A stretch of DNA of 40,088 nt from IMG/VR virus record IMGVR_UViG_3300038393_000587, positions 1 to 40,088 of that record; one strand, written 5' to 3'. The position numbers and the translations under genes are program-made. The notes below the pieces were generated by a model. The model saw only the letters and a list, made by a program, of their open reading frames with translations. It did no database searches and had not been told where the DNA came from. The stretch comes from a virus (lineage: Duplodnaviria > Caudoviricetes). Below, piece by piece: positions 35,141 to 40,088 of the stretch; positions within the stretch are counted from its first letter, which is position 1; every line of letters starts with the position of its first letter.

Positions 35141-35167
35141 AGGCCGCCTCAAAAGGGCGGCTTTTTT
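35141..35167 (+). terminator. Intrinsic terminator
   Basis: GCCGCC-loop-GGCGGC followed by TTTTTT. Confidence 0.8.
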
Positions 35168-35168
35168 A

Positions 35169-35197
35169 TTGATATTAGAATGCTTTGCACATACCAT
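35169..35197 (+). promoter_or_regulatory. Promoter, TTGATR-TTAGA class
   Basis: TTGATA-17 bp-TACCAT immediately after the terminator. Confidence 0.6.
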
Positions 35198-35229
35198 TCA
35201 CGGTAACAATGTTAAGGACATAAAAAGTT

Positions 35230-35565
35230 ATGGCAATACCGACACAATTCAACAACGTCAAACGCGCGTTCGTCAACGCTACCAGTTCGGGCGACAACGA
35301 GCTGGTAGCGGCCCCCGGTTCGGGAATCAAAATCCGCGTATTAAGCGTTGCCGCAGTGGCAGGCGTATCCGCGAACACGGTTACTTTCCGTTCGGCCACA
35401 ACCGCGATCTCGGCCGGTTTCCCGTTCGCCGCCAATGGCGGCATGGCACTTAACGAGAACCCTAACGGCTGGTTCCAAACCGCGGCCGGGGAAGCCCTGA
35501 ACGTGAACCTGTCCGGCGCTACGCTGGTAGCGGTTTCTATTACCTACATTCTGGTGACGAATTGA
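35230..35565 (+). CDS. Putative virion accessory protein
   Basis: 111-aa beta-rich protein, LVAAPGSGIKIRV...TAAGEALNVNLS; RBS AAGGA. Confidence 0.6.
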   Translation: MAIPTQFNNVKRAFVNATSSGDNELVAAPGSGIKIRVLSVAAVAGVSANTVTFRSATTAISAGFPFAANGGMALNENPNGWFQTAAGEALNVNLSGATLVAVSITYILVTN

Positions 35566-35647
35566 TGATTAAAAGACTGCTCGCTAAATACCGGTCATGG
35601 CGGTTGCACAAGGCGATTTTATCCGGCAAGGCGCCGAGGGGGAGAAC

Positions 35648-36169
35648 ATGAAACTGAAAGATATGTGGAAGGAATTCACGCTGCGCTTGCGGCTCGCTGG
35701 TCAAGTGCCGACCCGTTTGTGGTTCGGCGATATCACCCCGGTAGGACGCCTGTACGCGGTCAAGATCGACAGCGAAGGCAACCGGCATGACATAGGCTTG
35801 ATCTCTACCAAACTCGTCACCACGGCTGGCGTGGCATGGCTGGCGACCCTTCTCGCTGGCACATCTTCGGGCAGCGTGAAGTATCACGATTCCGGTACGG
35901 GGACTACCGCCGAAAGTGCTTCGGATACGGGACTAGTTACCCCGTCGGGAGTCGCCCGGGCTACCGGCTCGCAAGTGGCGAGCACCAACACCTACACCAG
36001 TGTAGGCACGCAGACATACTCAAGCACGCTCGCCATTACCGAACACGGTATCTTCACCGCGACTACTTCGGTAACACTGATTGATCGTTCGGTGTTCTCG
36101 GCTATCAATGTGGTATCAGGCGATAGTATTCAGTTTACATATGTCCTCACACTCCCAAGCGGAGGATGA
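35648..36169 (+). CDS. Putative structural protein, fibre-base-like
   Basis: Start revised to 35648 (RBS GGGGAG); LVTTAG...GTGTTAESASDTGL...ITEHGIF...INVVSGDSIQFTY. Confidence 0.6.
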   Translation: MKLKDMWKEFTLRLRLAGQVPTRLWFGDITPVGRLYAVKIDSEGNRHDIGLISTKLVTTAGVAWLATLLAGTSSGSVKYHDSGTGTTAESASDTGLVTPSGVARATGSQVASTNTYTSVGTQTYSSTLAITEHGIFTATTSVTLIDRSVFSAINVVSGDSIQFTYVLTLPSGG

Positions 36170-36193
36170 CGTTTATAATCAAGGAGTTACGTA

Positions 36194-36700
36194 ATGTTAC
36201 TTAACAAAGCACAACGCGCAACACTGAAAGCGAGCATAGACGCCGATCCGACGTTCGGCCCACTGGCGAACACGAACGCAAACGCCGACCTGATAGTAGC
36301 GGCCTACAACTCCCTTGCCGTCCCCGACTGGATCGTGTGGAAATCGCTATTGACTGAACACCAGATCGTTGAGCAGACATCGAGCACGGGCACCGTATGG
36401 TCCTGGACGGATTATATAAACCGTTCGCAGGCAGAGCGTGACGCCTGGGTGCGGATGTTCAATGGCACGTTCTCGATTAACCCGTCCATAGCGCAAGTCA
36501 GGCAGGGAATCGCGGACATTTTCAGCGGTCCAAGCGGCGCCAACCAGCGCACGCATTTACTGGCGATGGGCAAGCGCAAAGCTACCCGCCTGGAAAAGCT
36601 ATTCACCACGGGACTGGGTACCGACGCCGCACCTTCCAATCTGGTAGTGGAAGGAAACCTAACACAAGATGACGTTACCGCGGCACGGGATGGTGCGTAA
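36194..36700 (+). CDS. Hypothetical protein
   Basis: 168 aa; RBS AAGGAG. Confidence 0.65.
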   Translation: MLLNKAQRATLKASIDADPTFGPLANTNANADLIVAAYNSLAVPDWIVWKSLLTEHQIVEQTSSTGTVWSWTDYINRSQAERDAWVRMFNGTFSINPSIAQVRQGIADIFSGPSGANQRTHLLAMGKRKATRLEKLFTTGLGTDAAPSNLVVEGNLTQDDVTAARDGA

Positions 36701-37212
36701 TGGCGGGTCCATCGTATAACGCATCTTCCGCGCTTACCGTAACGAGTCTCCATTCGTTGGCGTCGGATCAGAATTTGATCGCCGGATGGTTCAGTGCGTC
36801 CACATCGAACCTGGTCAACAAGTACCTGGACTACTTTTACGGGTTCACCTTCACGACTCATGCCAGCAACCGGCAAGCCGGATCCATAAATATCTATGTG
36901 GTTACGTCGCTGAACGATACCCCGACCTGGCCCGCAACGGCTACGGGCACGCTCGGCACGGAAGGTGCGGGCTCGTTCGTGGACACCGAAGAGAGGGATT
37001 CGCTTTGCACCCTCATCAAATCAATAGCAGTGGACACGTCGGCAAGCTCAATACTTGCCGTTCCGCAGATGTCCATCTGTGCCGCATTGGGGCTTATCAT
37101 GCCCCCAACCCACCACTGTCTGTTCATCACGCAGAACTGCACAACCACGACGACGGCCGGCCTGGCATCTTCAGGAAGCGCGATACACCAAACCGCAATA
37201 GTATCGCCGTAA
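36700..37212 (+). CDS. Putative structural protein
   Basis: 170 aa, S/T/A-rich beta protein; TAATG coupling. Confidence 0.6.
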   Translation: MAGPSYNASSALTVTSLHSLASDQNLIAGWFSASTSNLVNKYLDYFYGFTFTTHASNRQAGSINIYVVTSLNDTPTWPATATGTLGTEGAGSFVDTEERDSLCTLIKSIAVDTSASSILAVPQMSICAALGLIMPPTHHCLFITQNCTTTTTAGLASSGSAIHQTAIVSP

Positions 37213-37213
37213 C

Positions 37214-38608
37214 ATGGCAACCGGGATCATAGTTCCGGGGAGGCGGCTGGTAACGCAGCCGCAGTATGCTGCGCCGCTTGATAAAGCCAATAAGTTCCGC
37301 AGCCGGATAAAGTTCGCCTATTCGGCTGGGCGCGGCCCGCACGACGGGGCGCACGGGCTAGGCTCTGTCACCGGAACGATGACGCATGGAGTCGGACCAA
37401 AAGGCAGGAACATCCGTCCTTCTGATGCCAGCAGTTATCTGGGATTTGCTGACAATCCAGACTATAACATCCTTGGTGATATTACCGTTATCGCCCTGGT
37501 TGATATCGGCGGTGTATCTTCCCAACAGGGCATTATTACCAAGTGCGAAACCTCTGGCGGAACTAATACGCCTTTCGGCTTGTTCATCGAGACCGGCGGG
37601 GCCATATCGTTTAATCGGGCAAACACCGGGGCGTCTGCGTTCAGGGTTTGGGCTAGCTCGGCAACTGTGTCATCCAATACTTACGTACTGGCTGTTACAC
37701 AGGTTGCGGATATGTCCGTTGCCCCGAAATTTTATATTAACGGCGTCCTGGATTCAGGCTCGCCCACAAGTCTTTATGGCGGCAGCGGAATCGGGGCAGC
37801 AACAGGCAACACTACCTCTGTAAAGATAGGGAACAAGACTGACCTCGGAGCACAATTCTTTGGTTGGCTTTACGAGGGGAGTATTTTAAGTGGTGTGCTC
37901 GCAGCCACAGAGATCGCGGAGTATAGCCGCGACCTCTACGCGATATGGCAAGCCCCTACCCGCAGGATATGGGTAGCGGTATCGGGTGGCGCAGCGTACA
38001 CCCAATCGATATCCGGTTCCCTAATCCCGGCCGGAGCACTCACAAAGCAAACCAGCAAACCCTTGTCCGGGAGTAGTACCGCTACAGGGGCACTCACAAA
38101 GCAAACAGGAAAGGCGCTATCGGGAAGCAGCACACCAGCGGGTGCGTTATCCAGGCTGACAAGTAAAGCATTCGCCGGATCCCTAACAGGTACCGGGCAA
38201 CTCATAAAGCAAACCGCGAAAGCATTTGCCGGATCGGTAACTGGAAGCGGCGCATTATCGACCATGATCCTGTTCACGGCCTCGATTGCCGGGTCGATAA
38301 CACCTACTGGTGCATTGTCGAAGATGACCCAGAAAGCCCTGGCGGGGGCCAGCACCCTAACCGGTGCGATAACTAAGCTTACCAATAAGGGGCTGAGTGC
38401 ATCCATAACACTGTCGGGTGCGTTGAACAAGCTGACTACGAAAGCGTTTGCGGGATCGGTTACGGTAACGGGGGCACTGGCCGAAGCGTACCAGGTGGTG
38501 AAGTCATTGGCCGGGTCTATCACACCGACCGGTGCGCTTGCCACGGCGTACATAGCGTTTGTGGCCGGCGTGCTGAAAATGCTTTCCTTAATGGGGGTTG
38601 GGCAGTAA
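37214..38608 (+). CDS. LamG/concanavalin-like domain protein with C-terminal 18-aa repeats (fibre-like)
   Basis: GDITVIALV...KFYINGV...VKIGN...FFGWLYE...LAATEI LamG pattern, then about ten repeats like KAxAGSxTxTGALxKxTx. Confidence 0.75.
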   Translation: MATGIIVPGRRLVTQPQYAAPLDKANKFRSRIKFAYSAGRGPHDGAHGLGSVTGTMTHGVGPKGRNIRPSDASSYLGFADNPDYNILGDITVIALVDIGGVSSQQGIITKCETSGGTNTPFGLFIETGGAISFNRANTGASAFRVWASSATVSSNTYVLAVTQVADMSVAPKFYINGVLDSGSPTSLYGGSGIGAATGNTTSVKIGNKTDLGAQFFGWLYEGSILSGVLAATEIAEYSRDLYAIWQAPTRRIWVAVSGGAAYTQSISGSLIPAGALTKQTSKPLSGSSTATGALTKQTGKALSGSSTPAGALSRLTSKAFAGSLTGTGQLIKQTAKAFAGSVTGSGALSTMILFTASIAGSITPTGALSKMTQKALAGASTLTGAITKLTNKGLSASITLSGALNKLTTKAFAGSVTVTGALAEAYQVVKSLAGSITPTGALATAYIAFVAGVLKMLSLMGVGQ

Positions 38609-38612
38609 GTAA

Positions 38613-38641
38613 TTGATGTTAGAACCACTTACGGTTACTAT
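38613..38641 (+). promoter_or_regulatory. Promoter, TTGATR-TTAGA class, probably giving leaderless terL mRNA
   Basis: TTGATG-17 bp-TACTAT; ATG begins 7 nt after the -10; no SD. Confidence 0.6.
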
Positions 38642-38647
38642 CGCCGG

Positions 38648-40088
38648 ATGCAATTAGCAGACTATATAGACGCGCTTACGCAGACATCTTCCAAGGACAG
38701 GGAAGAGGTCGTGAACAGGGCATTAAACGCGACCAAAAACATGGTTTGGGTACCTAATCCCGGACCGCAAACCGAGGCATTCTTTTCGGAAGCCGACGAG
38801 CTATTCTACGGCGGCCAAGCAGGGGGCGGCAAGACCGACCTCGAAATCGGACTGGCACTTACCGCACACCGTCGGTCGCTGGTGTTGCGGCGGACTAACA
38901 AGGAAGCCTCCGGGTTAGTTGAACGCATGACCGAGATTCTGGGATCGCGTGACGGATGGGGCGGTTCACAAGCAGGAGTATGGCGGCGGCCGGACAACAG
39001 GCTTATTGACATCGGCGGTTGCCAGCTTGAAGAAGACAAACAGAAATATAAGGGGATACCACATGATCTTATCTGCTTCGATGAAGTATCTGATTTCACC
39101 GAATCGCAATACACCTTCATTCTCGCTTGGAACCGTTCAGCAATCCCAGGACAGAGATGTAGAGTGGTTGCGGCGGGAAATCCGCCGACTAGGCCAGAGG
39201 GATTATGGGTATTGCGTCGATGGGCAGCATGGCTAGACCCCCAGCACCACAATCCTGCACGACCCGGCGAGCTTCGCTGGTATACGTCAGATACCGAAGG
39301 AAAGGAAGTCGAGGTCAGTGGTAGAGGCCCCCATAACATAGACGGGCAACAGGTATATGCGAGATCGCGGACCTTCATCCCCGCAACCTTACAGGATAAC
39401 CCCGACCTGATGGCAACGGATTACCAAGCCAGTTTGGACAGTTTGAGCGGGGCAGAACGGGCGGCGTACCGCGACGGTAACTTCGGAGCAGCATTGCAGG
39501 ACGACGCAATGCAAACCATACCGACGGCCTGGATACGCGAAGCGCAAGCGAGATGGACAAGTACCCCACCGGTCGGTGTTCCCATGTGTGCGATGGGTGT
39601 GGACATTGCGCAGGGCGGCAAGGACAACATGGTAATCGCTATCCGGCATGACGGCTGGTACGCCCCGCTTATAAAGATACCCGGCAAGCAGGTACCTGAC
39701 GGAATCACGGCGGCGGGACTGGTGGTAGCGAAACGGCGCGATAACGCCCGGGTAATCGTTGACAACGGGGGCGGGTGGGGTGGAGATACCGTAATACACC
39801 TCGTCGCTAATGGTATCGACTGTATCGGTTACATGGGTGTGAAGCAGTCGGTACGGCGTTCGGAAGATAGGAAATTGTCATTCTTCAATATACGAACAGA
39901 AGCCTATTGGCGGTTCCGTGAAGCCCTGAACCCAGCCCAGCCGCAAGGATCGACGATATGTCTACCGCAAAGCCCGACGCTGGTAGCGGATTTGTGCGCA
40001 CCGACCTACGAGATTATCGGTAGCAATGTCGGCGGCAAGGTGAAGGTCGAATCTAAAGAGGATGTTTGCAAGAGACTGGGGCGGTCAA
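38648..40088 (+). CDS. terL: Terminase large subunit, 3'-truncated (absent from ORF track)
   Basis: Read by hand: MQLADYID...PNPGPQTEAF...YGGQAGGGKT (Walker A), ICFDE (Walker B), AGNP, GVDIAQGGKD nuclease motif; runs off the window. Confidence 0.93.
   Translation, partial: MQLADYIDALTQTSSKDREEVVNRALNATKNMVWVPNPGPQTEAFFSEADELFYGGQAGGGKTDLEIGLALTAHRRSLVLRRTNKEASGLVERMTEILGSRDGWGGSQAGVWRRPDNRLIDIGGCQLEEDKQKYKGIPHDLICFDEVSDFTESQYTFILAWNRSAIPGQRCRVVAAGNPPTRPEGLWVLRRWAAWLDPQHHNPARPGELRWYTSDTEGKEVEVSGRGPHNIDGQQVYARSRTFIPATLQDNPDLMATDYQASLDSLSGAERAAYRDGNFGAALQDDAMQTIPTAWIREAQARWTSTPPVGVPMCAMGVDIAQGGKDNMVIAIRHDGWYAPLIKIPGKQVPDGITAAGLVVAKRRDNARVIVDNGGGWGGDTVIHLVANGIDCIGYMGVKQSVRRSEDRKLSFFNIRTEAYWRFREALNPAQPQGSTICLPQSPTLVADLCAPTYEIIGSNVGGKVKVESKEDVCKRLGRS

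Noticed and set aside
35565-35651. 28-aa basic ORF MIKRLLAKYRSWRLHKAILSGKAPRGRT coupled to both neighbours
   Set aside because: Overlaps are suggestive, but it is too short to support without homologues or ribosome profiling.

Overview
The window is most of a temperate, podovirus-like dsDNA phage genome of a Gram-negative host, in its non-integrated form: an intact attP has phage genes on both sides. Order: 5'-truncated giant polyvalent/ejection-type protein; tail fibre genes; metallophosphoesterase; lysis cassette (T7-type holin, SAR endolysin, two-component spanin); attP (3' half of tRNA-Leu UAA) with tyrosine integrase and excisionase; a long leftward APSE/BPP-1-like replication arm (TraR-like protein, SNF2 helicase, VRR-NUC, family A DNA polymerase, three tandem DNA methyltransferases, DUF2815 SSB, DUF2800 exonuclease, many small ORFs); a divergent promoter pair; Cro-like HTH; primase-helicase followed by an iteron-rich putative origin; PD-(D/E)xK nuclease; terS; a 6.4 kb block of eight structural-looking genes; and a 3'-truncated terL. 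Portal and capsid genes are not in the window. Most notable: (1) five DNA-metabolism proteins share a C-terminal [A/S]DMI tail, suggesting a common docking motif; (2) two near-identical tandem methyltransferases differ only in one internal segment; (3) a 330-bp multi-domain structured region with repeated CCUCCC motifs lies upstream of the methyltransferases; (4) two direction-specific promoter classes exist but no recognisable CI repressor; (5) ADP-ribosyltransferase-like domains are stacked in the giant protein, one inserted inside a HExxH peptidase-like domain. All family assignments come from motif recognition by eye; no searches were run.
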